64,000 nt of DNA, taken from contig CBFDEM010000013.1 of the NCBI GenBank assembly GCA_965603825.1, forward strand, positions 434,001 through 498,000. The letters are read 5' to 3'. The position numbers and the translations under genes were made by a program. Under the pieces are notes generated by a model. It searched no databases. It was given only the letters and a program-made list of their open reading frames with translations, and was not told where the DNA came from. Position 1 is the first letter of the stretch, and each line of letters starts with the position of its first letter. This DNA is from Blepharisma stoltei ATCC 30299. Taxonomy: Eukaryota; Protista; Ciliophora. This document shows positions 47,446-59,576 of this stretch, one piece after another.

Positions 47446-48176
47446 TTTTAAGGCAAATTAAACTGACTATAAAGATATTTATTTTACGTTTATTTCGAAA
47501 ATTAAGTAAGCATTTGAAGTTTGCAAGCTGGTTATATTAGTTTGGATGAGTTTTCTATTCTTGTTCTTATAATATCTGAGATCAAGGAATAGTTAAATTT
47601 ATAATTTATAATTTAGCTTTAAATAATAAAACTCTATAATGAAGCTAGCTCTGCAATATTTTTGTTTTAAGCTCAAAAAACAATGCACTTTAAGCTTATA
47701 AATAAAAATTTTAATTTTTTCTTATTTCTTTTTCTAATAGCTTCTATCAAGCATTAAAATTCATATCCATACTGATTATATGTGAGCTTAGATATATTGA
47801 CAGTATAATTATAAAAGATATCTGCCCATTCTATTTAAATAAAAAGCTACTACTTTTTCTGAATTTTAAAATTCTTATGAAAATACTAATTCGCGATTTA
47901 GCTGCAATGTATCATCGTGGTATTTATATGTTGATTTAAAATATAATCTGAATTAGCATTATTTAGACCATAAAATTAAAAAATGCTCTGATATTAGGGA
48001 TAATTTTTATTTTTATTGACTTTCCATCTAAGCTAAATTATTTTATTTCCCATTTCTAGCTAAATTTAGTTACATAAAAAAGACATAGCTAATGCTTATT
48101 GTTTGAGACCAAAAGTTTAATTTTAAGAAAAATTCAATAAGAAATTATTTAAAATTTAGATGCAATTATGATATCT

Positions 48177-48221
48177 AAATATTTATTGATTAAAAATATT
48201 TATTGATTAAAAATATTTATT
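48177..48221. repeat. 17-bp tandem duplication
   Basis: AAATATTTATTGATTAA twice, followed by AAATATTTATT. Confidence 0.75.
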
Positions 48222-48925
48222 TTTAAGCCTATTAGCTACTAAATAATTTCTTATTTATCTCCATATTTTCACTTTCAATAAAATTAAAATTTTAATTATT
48301 TAATTCGCCAATTGTCCAAACATCGCATTAAGCTTTTTTAGTAGAATTTGGATTTATTTGCATCTTTTCCTAGATTTTATATTTGTCTGATACAAATTAT
48401 CTCTGCATTTTCTTTGAAATCCTCCAAATAAGCCACTGCCTAGCGTTTGGCATAGCATCTGTACTTGACTTAGCTCTTTCTTAATTTCAAAGCTGCATGG
48501 TTTAACTCAATAAAAGAGCATTTTTTATTAATTTTTCAAATAATCTAATTGCTTTCTAAAGTAATTAGTATTGATTAATCTTTTATCTGCAAGATATATG
48601 ATATAAATTTTATCAACTTGAAACTCTAATCACAGCAATTTTATGATGAACAATCAAATAAAATCAGTGTTTCTGATAATCGAAACTTGCACGGTTATTG
48701 AATTCTGTTAAAAATGGCCAAAGGTAACTTTCCAATGCAACAAATGGCCGCTTAAATAGGATTAAGCAAATGTAGCGGCTTTTATATTAAACAATACTCT
48801 TTAATTTAACTTTATAAACCGAACACTTTGATATAGCAAATTAACTTAAATAGAATTTAAAAATTAAACTAAAGCTTTTTATGTTGAAGGCGATAAGATA
48901 CCTTCTTTACTCATCTCTTCACAAA

Positions 48926-49270
48926 TTACATCCTTTCTGAATTTTTTGCAAAATTAATTTTCTTTAACAAGCTTCTTTCTAAGACGAGCTCCTCTTTAAG
49001 TCCAACGCTACAGTTAACCAATGATTTTGCCTCTCTACTAATTTTCTCTTGCATTGAAGAGATCAGGTTACTCTCAGACTGAAGTTCTTCAATTTCTTTT
49101 GCTGAAGTGGTCAGAAAATTTTTACTCTCATTTATGACCTCATAAAGCTCTTCGAAAAATTTCCCGGTTAAACTGTCAACAATGCCAGGTATTTGGCTGG
49201 GTGTGAATTGATTCATCTGAGCTGCTATTTGTCTTGGCAACAAAATTTTTGAGTTGAAATCTGTATTCAT
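48926..49270 (-). CDS. Small coiled-coil hypothetical protein (114 aa)
   Basis: ATG-TAA ORF within AT-rich flanks. Confidence 0.6.
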   Translation of the reverse strand: MNTDFNSKILLPRQIAAQMNQFTPSQIPGIVDSLTGKFFEELYEVINESKNFLTTSAKEIEELQSESNLISSMQEKISREAKSLVNCSVGLKEELVLERSLLKKINFAKNSERM

Positions 49271-49556
49271 GGCTATGTATTTATAAAAATTATGACCACT
49301 AAGTTGCTATTAAAAATGAGTTTTGAAAATTGATAAAAATAAGCTTAAAGAGATTTAAAAAGAAGAGGCTATGAGGGTAAAAATTTACAATGTAATAAAA
49401 ATAATTAGAAGCTTCCAAGCGTAAAGGAATTGTAACCTGCTAAAATAATCTTCCAAAATATTATTATAAAATTCATGATATTTATCATGGAGACAACATC
49501 AATTTATTTGATAATTTTATATAATAAATTATGATATTTCACAAAATAATGCTTAT

Positions 49557-52500
49557 CTATCTAATGTTAAATCTTTGCACTAAATTCTCGACATAATAAT
49601 ATTTCCTCCCTCCATCCATTTCTTTCCAAGTTTTTGAGTTAATTTGAACTACCTTAATCCCTCCCAACTTTTCTAACTGATCCTTGATAACTTTCGACAT
49701 AAATACAGTCCCGACTTCCTCTCCATTTTCATTATACACCATATCTCCTTCCTGATTATATATAATTCCAACTTTTGCAGAATTAAATAATAAATCCGGC
49801 TTCCATTTAGTAACTGCATCTTTCTCACTTTCTTCCATAGTAAAATTCCTAATCTTTCATATTTGACCCAAGATCTGAACAAATTTCATCTTAAAATCAT
49901 AAATATCATCAGAATTTTTTCTATCTAAATAAAAAGTATCAACAGCCTGCAGACAAGTTTCTGTGTGTTCAAGGTTTAAAATATTTAAAATTGCATGGAT
50001 TTTGCAATTAAATAATACTTCGTGAAAAGGCATTTGAGGTTTCTCTGAATAACTAAGCTCTTTTGATGATTTTGAAGCATCATTCGAGATAATAAATCTT
50101 GGTTCTAGCACTGTGCTATATAAAAATGGTCTATAACACATCAGCTGTGATTTTGGGTTCAAAAAAATTTCATCTGTGCGATTTCTTGTATTAAATCTGT
50201 CAATAAATCTTTCCTTAATAGCACTTGGAACTGTAGAAAAAATTTCTGGATTTCTAGAGTGCACAAACAAATAGTTAACTAAGGAGTCAAAAGAAATATA
50301 CTGCCACAAGCGATATCGATCTATTATAGAGTTAACAGAGTTCACAACATTTGTAGAAAAACCAATAACTGATAAAGAGCTTAACATTTGCGAAATTATA
50401 GATAATAGGTCCCTTTCTTCTTTTACCCTTGGTAAAAGGCTTATATATTTGTTATAGACTGAAGGGATAAAGAGCCTATGCTGGGCTAGACCTTCAAGAA
50501 TATGAACATTTTTAATTGACGGGTAAATATTTTCATATTTCGTGGCAAGCGCTTTTCTCACTTCGTTGCTTTCAGAGAAATCAATTAAGCGTGTAAGCTC
50601 AGATCCCACTTTGAGCTCAATTGCTTCTAGCTTTTTCTTTAAAGGTTTATCTATTTGGCTCCATTTAGACCTTAGCAGAGAGCCAAGCATGAGCAGTTCT
50701 TTATCAGATAAATCATCCATGTAATAAGAAAAGCATTTAGAGATTGCTATTAAATCTACTGGAAGAGATGAAGACCTGCATAGTACGTTTAGAAATTCTT
50801 TCATGAGAGAAATTGGGAATTTTGGCTCTGATTCGTCAATATAACTCAAATTTGGTGTACCAAGTGAAAATAGGTCATTTCTTTCAGCTTTGCTTAGCAT
50901 TATTAGAGTCTTTATAAGGATTTCTCCCCATAGACTTTGGACATCTACATTATAAATCATCTCATTTAATGCATCAAATGTTGGGGTATGGCTTAGATTG
51001 TAAGCAATCCCTAATGTAAAAGGCCCTTGCTCTTTTATAAACTTGCCTATAATTATTTTGATATTTTGGATTGAGATATATAGATCTGTACTATCAGGGG
51101 CCAATTCAGGGAAAACACAAGAAAAATAATAGGCGGCTTCATGGGCTTTAAGATTTTCCTGCAAAATTATGAGCCCTTTTTCTACAACCTCAATTTTTTG
51201 TAAGTTTGTAAGTTTGTTTCGATACTTTCACAAAATTCTAGCATAAGGTTGGATCGATTCGGTTGTTTGAGGGCGCAAAAGAATTTCAGCAGAAGGAATT
51301 TCTTTGCATAGATTTGATGAGTAATATCGATACAAAGCACCACAGTATGGAGAAACAACTTCTAAAATGTCAACTATATTTCTTGCAAGTTGAATTTTTA
51401 ATCTGGATTGGACTTGCACAATAGATTGAATTTGATAATTAAAAATTGGCTTCTCTTTGGATAGTTTTACAATAATGTCTAAAATTTGCGATAAATAAAT
51501 TTGATTGTCTGCTCAAACGGAATCATTTTTATTGTACTTTGACATTTCTTCCAAAAGTTTATACAATAAAGCCTCGTCCACAAGATGGGGTAAATACGCA
51601 ACGGTAAGTCTCAGTGCTGAAATTAAATCTATATTTTCTTTGGTTTCCAAGCACATTTTAAACAAATTAATCCTCGATACCAGCTGAGAAAAAATTTTTT
51701 TATCATGCAAGAAATACACAAAATCTGCATATAAAGAAATCCCATATTGATCTGTTAAATTTTTTGCTAGGCTAAAGCTTTCTATTAGAGATTTTCCAAA
51801 ATTTTCAGACAGTTTTTCTTGTTGTGCAAGAATTTTCCCAAAGTTGAAATATTGCGCCGCATCAATATTATATAAATAATTTTTAGGAATTGTATCAAGT
51901 TCTAATAACAAACTTAGTGGAATAGGAGCTCCAATTCTATGTATTGAGCTTAAGGTTTGTAGGCTTCTCTCGAAAGCTACTTTTACATCGTTATGGAAGA
52001 GTGCAGATATAATTTTGTCCACAATTTCTTTATGCTCAGCATAGCAATTTTTTTGAAAAGAGTCTAAAATTGCTAAAAGCTCGCTATGAGAATATTTTTC
52101 TACATTTTGTATTTTTCCTGGAACAATCATTCTTAGTTCGTTCAATAAATCCTCAATTTCTGGATCTTTACTTAATTTTGAAAAAATATCTATGGCATTT
52201 CCTAGCTCATAAGCTTTTAAGTCATTTGATCTAAGCTTGACCTGTTTAATCAAATCTGCCAAACTTTCTGTGTCAATTTTTTCAGAATTTTGTTTAAAGC
52301 TTTTATCGAAATACCCTAGCAAAATATATAGAGATTTTGTTAAAATATACAGCTGCTCTCCATTCATTGATCTTAAATTTGTAAAAAGGATATTTCAAAT
52401 TCCCTCTAATGATTGTTTTTCAGAAAATCTTAAAAAATTCACATCAGATTGAGGGATTTGAAAAATTGTGGAAATTTTTTCAAGAGCTTGACAAATTTCG

Positions 52501-52925
52501 TTAACTGTCACATTGAGAGGGTTTTCTGTAACTTTTTGGTGCAAAATTACTAAATTTGCCAAGTTGCTTGTATCTACATGTTCATCTTCCAAAGCATCTG
52601 ACAAAATATCTAGCAATTGCTTTTTTGTGTATTTGGCTTGAATTTCTTGTTTAGGCCTTCGCTTAAGTATTTCTCCTATTAAAAACTCTTTAGATAGCCC
52701 AGCTAAGAAGTGATTGCTTTCCTCTTCTTTAAGTTCATGTGCATATTTGATTTCTTGTCGCATTACTTCTATTTCTTTAGCTTTTTTACTGTCATCTAAT
52801 TCAAGCTTCTTTAGGATTTCATTCCTTGTGCCAGTACGGGGTAAGCTTCTTCTAGTTAATTCATCACGAAGCTGAAGCATACTCATAGCGCTCCATTTCT
52901 CAATAGAAAAGAAGCGTCTTATCAT
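49557..52925 (-). CDS. Probable mitochondrial protein with N-terminal SAP domain, helical core and C-terminal RAP-like domain (~1122 aa)
   Basis: Five ORF pieces in one frame joined by TGA; MIRRFFS presequence-like start; SAP-like WSAMSMLQLRDELTRRSLPRTGTRNEILKKL; RAP-like KVIKDQLEKLGGIKVVQINSKTWKEM. Confidence 0.78.
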
Positions 52926-53026
52926 AATTTATTTATAAATTTGAGAGGCAGGAATTTAATATGGCATGAAGAAATTTAGGGACTTTATGAAGTAATTAAA
53001 ATAAGCTATGGGATTATAATTCATAA

Positions 53027-53641
53027 ATGGAAGAACTTTTAAGAAACATTCCCCCAGTAACAAAAGTCATGATTGCCTCAACTATTTTACTTTCAGCAAT
53101 TACTTCAATGAATTTCGTGAACCCAAGGACAATGCTATTTGATATGGCTTTTATTAAAAATAAATTCCAGGTCTGAAGAGTCTTTACAAGTTTATTTTAT
53201 TATGGAAATTTCAGTGTTTACACCTTTATCCGTGTGATGCTTTTATATCAAAACTCCAGAAGCCTTGAGCAAAATATGACAAGAGTGGATTATCTATATT
53301 TTGTAATAGTGACTTATATGTTTTTGCTTCTTTGTGCACCTATTTTTCATCTTAGGTACTTATCGGATGGATTATTTATGGCAATTACTTATCTTTATAG
53401 CAAGCGAAATCGATATGGAAGATTCCATCTTATGTGGATTCCTATAGCAATTTCTACAACTTATATGCCGTGGGTTTTACTTTTGCTTAACTTTGACTCT
53501 GCAAGCATTATAGGGATTGCTATAGGTCATATTTATTACTTTTTCGAAGATATTTTCCCTAGATTAAGAAGTGGAATAGGATTTCGGCTATTTAAAGCTC
53601 CTGACACAATTGAAAGACTAATACACTATTTCGGCGGATAA
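53027..53641 (+). CDS. Derlin (Der1-like ERAD rhomboid pseudoprotease)
   Basis: IPPVTK, FQV(TGA=W)RVFTSLFYYG (WR motif), YMPWVLL, GIAIGHIYYFFEDIFP. Confidence 0.92.
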
Positions 53642-53653
53642 TTTTAAAATAAT

Positions 53654-54501
53654 TTATACATGTGATGTTCTCAGTCTTTTGGTCCTTCTCCTAATCATTT
53701 TTCTATTGAAAGTTTTTTCGAATTCAGCAAGCTTGTCATTATAGTCCCAGGCTTTAATTTGCATATCCCAAATCTTTTCTTGCATCATTTGGTTTTGTAT
53801 GGCATCTTCTTCTGCTTTTTTGATTTCATCTTTTTTGCGTTTGATAAGTCTTCTGGCAATATTCGATCATGTTATTGTCCCTAGAGTGTAAATTCTCAAT
53901 TGCGTTTGTAATCGAAAAGCTGGGTAGCCTAAGTAAGGAACCTCTCTGACTAGTCTCACAAATTCAACTAAACTAGAAATTACGTCAGCTTATAGAATCT
54001 GACCTCTGAGTTTCGAAAAGCTCAACTGCTTTCATGTAATTATTAGGGAAAATCATTTTCCCATCTCTCTCTGCTCGCAAAAAAAGCATGATTTCTTCTT
54101 TGTTGATGGTCCCATTTCGATTTTCGTCAATGCATTGAAAGACAACTGAGGGAGATCTTACATTTCAAAATCTGCGGAGGAGTTAGTAAACAATATTTTG
54201 CGATGCTTCTTACAAATTCGACAAAGGAAAGACGATCACCTTGCTCTTTTTCTAAATCAGAAATGTATTCAATTAGATAAGGAGCTATGACTGAGTTAGG
54301 CCGCTCTTTTATTAATCGAAATATTTCAACTACACTTACTGTTCCTGAGTCGCTAAATGAATTTTACTCAGTATCAATGACATGATAAATATGCCAAAGT
54401 TTCCGTATTTCTGATTGAGTTAAGCAAAACTTTTCAACGACATCGTGAACTTTCTGATCTATTTCGAGCTTTGGTATAATTTTTGAATTTCTACACCCCA
54501 T
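53654..54501 (-). CDS. N-myristoylated EF-hand protein with three tiny introns, not in ORF track (266 aa)
   Basis: MGCRNSK start; EF loops IDTDDSGTVSVVE and IDENRNGTINKEE; YPAFRLQTQLR; 848 nt minus 15+16+16 nt introns = 801 nt in frame to TAA. Confidence 0.88.
53968..53983 (-). other. 16-nt spliceosomal intron
   Basis: GTAATTTCTAGTTTAG; restores frame; A at position 10. Confidence 0.85.
54146..54161 (-). other. 16-nt spliceosomal intron
   Basis: GTAAGATCTCCCTCAG; restores frame into the second EF-hand. Confidence 0.8.
54353..54367 (-). other. 15-nt spliceosomal intron
   Basis: GTAAAATTCATTTAG; A at position 10; contains in-frame TAA; splits an EF loop. Confidence 0.88.
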
Positions 54502-54826
54502 GATAAAGAATTATCTATTTTTTATCAAATTTCTCCTCAACGCTTTTTAGCGATTATCAACAAAACATTTTCCTATGAAAATTGAAATAATATTTTCAAC
54601 TACTTCTTGCTGAATCTTATTAAATTTTTCTTTTAATTTTAAATCCTCGCATTTAACTTTGGTCTTCGGGCCTGAAAATCTGATTAAAATATGCCTGAAA
54701 TTTAGTTACCCAAAATATCGATTTTATGTAATTTTTATAGGTAAGACCACAAACATTTCTTTAGGTAGAGCCATTTCTTAACCATAAACTTTAAACAAGA
54801 TATAGAACAGCGAAATCTGAAATCAC

Positions 54827-55099
54827 ATGAAACAACCCGACACTATGCATTCTCCTGCTCGAGGCAGAAAACTCAACAACCTTCACATCAGTCGAAAATC
54901 CATAAAATCAAATCAATTTCATTCCAACAAAAAATCCAAGCCTAACTCTCAGTCGGTAGCACAAAATCAGTATTCAACCTTTCCGCCTAAGGCTCCTCAT
55001 AACACAACGCAGTACATCATCGACCAACATCAGACTGCTGAATATGACCCATCAGATCTCTTGGGATCTATGCTAAATCTTAAGTGCTTAGAACTCTAA
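54827..55099 (+). CDS. Small HEXIM-like (PYNT-motif) protein, 90 aa
   Basis: PKAPHNTTQYIIDQH resembles HEXIM APYNTTQFLMDDH; preceded by a basic region. Confidence 0.65.
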   Translation: MKQPDTMHSPARGRKLNNLHISRKSIKSNQFHSNKKSKPNSQSVAQNQYSTFPPKAPHNTTQYIIDQHQTAEYDPSDLLGSMLNLKCLEL

Positions 55100-55182
55100 T
55101 TAATTATTTACTGGGAACTAAATTTAATTATAAATTATTTTTATGACTGAAATAAATAGCTGATAATAAAGTTATTCTTTGA

Positions 55183-55255
55183 GGCTCCGTGGCGCAACGG
55201 ATAGCGCACCAGACTTCTAATCTGGGGGTTGTGGGTTCAAATCCCACCGGAGTCG
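55183..55255 (+). tRNA. tRNA-Arg(UCU)
   Basis: Acceptor stem GGCTCCG/CGGAGTC; D arm GCGC/GCGC; anticodon arm CCAGA-CTTCTAA-TCTGG (TCT at 55216-55218); T arm GTGGG-TTCAAAT-CCCAC. Confidence 0.97.
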
Positions 55256-55260
55256 TTTTT
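55256..55260 (+). terminator. RNA polymerase III terminator (T5)
   Basis: TTTTT immediately after the tRNA discriminator base. Confidence 0.75.
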
Positions 55261-55807
55261 GGACTGGAGAAAGTTTCGATATTTTAATGGCAAATATTTT
55301 AGGTTTCTTTTGAATATTGACAATTAGTTGACTGTAACATTAATTATGCATGAAAAGATGCATTTTTCAACCAAATTTTTAATAAATAAAATTTTTGATG
55401 CCTATTCTGAAACTCAAAGATGGAAGAGAAAAGTTATCAGTATAATTATGATGGGATTTATTAGGATGAAAGAGGAGAAATAGATTAAATTTTAGCCAAT
55501 TTAATTGAGACATTAGACTTTATATAACAATTAGCAGTTTAATAAATTTTAGTAAGAAAAGTAAAGAAAAATTAATTTAAACTCCAGAAATATCAATAAA
55601 TTAATTTTAAAAATATAATATTTTTATGAATCAGTGATAAGGTAATAAATAATAAAGTTGTAAATTTAGTTTATAAAACAGTTATTTTTATTTCAATTTT
55701 GAGAATCGCCCAAATTTCCTATTTTTAGATGCGCTGTTCTAGAATTGTTTCTCCCACATATTTACGAAAAAATTATTGAATTTTTCATGATTTCTAGTCA
55801 CACATAA

Positions 55808-58800
55808 ATGTCAGAAGATATTGAGACTAAAAGAATCATTTACTCAAATGGAAATGAAGTCAATAAGATCAAAAGGTTTCCTACCAATTATGTATCCACC
55901 ACAAAATACAATGTCATAACCTTTGTCCCAAAATGCCTTTTTGAGCAGTTCAAAAAAGTCGCAAACATCTACTTTTTAGTCGCAGCAGTCTTACAGTCAA
56001 TTCCTATAATTTCCCCTCTAAGCCCTATAAGTGCAATCGCCCCTTTAGGCTTTGTCCTTTGTGTAGCAATGCTCAGAGAAGGACTTGAGGACTATTTTAG
56101 GTATAAGTCCGACAAAGAAACGAACTCGATCCCTGTCAACATTTATATAGATGGGAGTTTTGTCCAAATGAGGTGTGCACAGATCCAAGTTGGACAAATT
56201 GTTATGGTCAAAAAAGACGAGCCCATTCCTTGCGATTTAATAATGCTTGCAAACTCCAATGAAAACTCTGTTGCTTTCATAGAAACATCAACTCTTGATG
56301 GAGAAAAAGCATTGAAGCCAAGACAGTCATTTCCAAAAACGAAAAATTTAATAAATGATAAAGATTTCATACGGTTTTTCAATGTAATTGAATGCGACCC
56401 ACCGAATCCAAGGATTTATCATTTCAATGGAACTATTAGCTATGGAAAGAAGAAGAAGCCAGTCGACAAAAATCATTTGCTATTAGGCGGAGCATTTTTA
56501 CGAAATACAAGTTGGGCGATAGGTGTGGTTGTATATACAGGAAGAGAAACCAAATTGAGACAAAATTTAATGTCAAGAGCTTTCAAACAGAGCAGAATCG
56601 ATAAAAAGGTAAACTTATACATTTGCTATATATTATTCTTGCAATTTTTCTTTTGCATTACTTGCGCAATCTGCAGTGGCATATGGGTAGACGAAAAAAT
56701 GAACGAGCATCGATATCTCCATGGCCGAGACTATCCTTCAATTCTAGAAGGAACCTTTTCTTATTTCACCTATTTTTTACTATTAAACACCATGATTCCT
56801 ATATCATTGATTGTTTCATTAGAATTTCTTAAGGTCGCCCAAGGGTTTTTTATGGAAAGAGACGTTGAAATGTACAGCTCTTTACGAGACAGAACCTGCA
56901 AGGTCTCTTCTTATAGCTTAAATGAAGAATTAGGAATGATCCAGCACATTTTTTCTGATAAAACAGGAACTCTGACTCAGAATCGCATGGAATTTAAATT
57001 CTGTTCCGTTGGCAACAAAATGTACGGCGAGTTTAGGTCATTGGCTGACAAAGAATTTTCAGTGACTTCTACATATTCTACAAGAGAGATTAGGTTTTCA
57101 TTTAATACAAAAGATATTGTAAATGACTCGTTTTCGCATAAAGGCAACGAGAAGTTGGAATTCCCACTTCCAATCAAATTTAACGAAAAAATGATAACTT
57201 TTCAAACCCAAAGAGAAGTTCTTGATCATTTTTTACGATGCTTAGCACTATGCCATGAATGCTTGATTGAGACAAATGAAGGCGGAGAAATTAATTATAT
57301 TGGCCAAAGTCCTGATGAAATCGCATTAGTTGATGCTGTTAGACATGTAGGGTTCAGATGTGGCAAAATAAAAGATGACTCGATCCAGCTTGATATTTTA
57401 CCCTTTGGATTAGACCAGCAGGAAATTAGGGAATATTATGAAAAATACTGCATTTTAGAATTTGATTCTAATAGAAAAAGAAACTCAGTTATTGTGAGGG
57501 ACTTGAAGACAAACTTGATATTTCTATTCACGAAGGGTGCAGACAATATAATTAAAAATAGGCTTGATCCAAGTAATTCACAAGAGTATATAGCAAAAAT
57601 CAATCAGGATTTAGAAACGTTTGCAAAGAGAGGCTACAGAACGTTATTATTTGCTTTCAAAATTATCAAAGAACAAGATTTTTTAATTTGAAAAGAAAAA
57701 TACGATGAAGCATGCACAGCAATTGAAAATCGCAATCAAAAAATTGCTGATATAGCTGAAGAAATTGAAACTGATCTATTTTTACTAGGCTGCACTGCAG
57801 TAGAAGATGCTCTGCAAGAAGAAGTTCCACAAACAATTAATGCCCTGCTAGAAGCTGGGATCAAAATTTGGATGCTGACAGGTGACAAGCTCGAAACTGC
57901 AGAAAATATTGGCAGAACTTGTGAGCTATTTGATGACAATATGCTTGTTGAAAGATGTCCTGGATTCAAACTAGAAGCTTGCTGTGAAATTTTAAAAAAT
58001 ATCCTGGAAATTTTTAATTCAGCTGATCAAAATAGTAAGGCATTAATTATAGAAGGTCACGCCTTAGAATATGTGCTCTATAATCCAAATGATCCACATT
58101 CAGTCAGAAAATACCCAGAAATCACTGAAAGCTCTGAGCGCGCAGAGATAGCCAAAAACATAAAAAAATTATTTTTAAAAATTGCAGAAAAATGCAAAAC
58201 AGTAATTTGCTGCCGTGTGACTCCTGGTCAAAAGCAAGAAATCGTAAAATTAATGAAGCATGAAACGGGGGTAACCACTTTAGCAATAGGAGATGGAGCC
58301 AATGATGTTTCTATGATATTAGAAGCACATGTTGGGATTGGAATATATGGAGAAGAAGGAATGCAAGCAGTCCAAGCTAGTGATTATGCAATTGGGGAAT
58401 TTAAATACCTATGGGAGCTGTTACTTGTGCACGGAAGGTTTAATTATATAAGAGAAAGTGAAATGATCATGTATTTTTTTTATAAAAATTTGGTATTTAC
58501 AATACCTCAGTTTTTCTTTGCATTTTATTGTGCATATAGTGGACAAACTGTTTATGACGATTGGTATATTTCGTTGTATAACACAATATTTACGGCTTTA
58601 CCTTTAATGGTAAAAGCATTGTTTGAAAAAGATATAGTTGTTCCTCAAAGAACTGAATCACAAGCTTCTGGAGGAGATTTATTAGCTATTAGGAAATATT
58701 TGCCACTTTTATACTGTGACGGGAGATGCAATCGAGTATTTACAAATAAAAATTTCTTATGGTGGATGTTTTTAGGATTTTTCCACTCGTCAATTATTTT

Positions 58801-59278
58801 CTTTATACCGCTTTTGGCTATTCAAGAAGGGATAATGAATTATAAAGGGGATAATTATGATATCTGGTCATTTTCTGTGATATCTTTTTCCTGTGTAGTA
58901 TTTGTGGTAAATTTAAAGCTGCTTCTAACTACAAGATTATGAAATAAATTCCACTCTGCAGCTATGCTTGGGACTAGTATATTCTTATATGTTCTTTTCA
59001 TGCTCATTTATGATAATTTGACACCACTTCAAGCCCGAGACACAGTTCTTGAAGTGCTTACAAGCCCTGTCTTGTATTTTTCTATCATCCTTACAGCTTC
59101 ATATATTTTTATTTTTGATGGGAGCTCCCATATTTTAAGACGGCTCTTAAAGCCAACTGACAGTGAAGTGCTGCTAGACTATTCGACAGCTATCAAGCAA
59201 GAAAAAGTTCACAATACCTTAACATATAAAAAGCTCCCTCCAAGCACTCCAAGCTTTTCATCTTCAAGTAGCACTTAA
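55808..59278 (+). CDS. P4-ATPase phospholipid flippase (~1156 aa)
   Basis: NYVSTTKY, PISL, IFSDKTGTLT, SPDE, KGAD, WMLTGDKLETA, CCRVTP, AIGDGANDVSMI, LLLVHGR; in frame through TGA at 57689 and 58940. Confidence 0.96.
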
Positions 59279-59576
59279 TTTACCAAATTCTGTAAATCTG
59301 TAAGTAATAAAATGATAAGGCCTTAATTCTGATATATAGATTGAAATTAAAACTCCTTTTTGATTTTTAAATATTTATTATGCACATTAAGAGGGAAGAC
59401 GAATTCATTTTCCTATATCCCTAAACTTCAAAATGCATAATTAATTAGTTTACTGAAATTTGTTATGCATTAGAGCAAGCATAAATGAGATTTAGATAAT
59501 ATTAATATAAAATTAATGCATAGTTTAATATTTGGTTAATAAATTTGATAAACCTTAGAGCTTAGATAAAATTGCA

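Noticed and set aside
48643-48676. C/D box snoRNA-like ATGATGA...CTGA
   Set aside because: Only 34 nt from box C to box D, too short for a typical snoRNA, with no recognisable rRNA complementarity.
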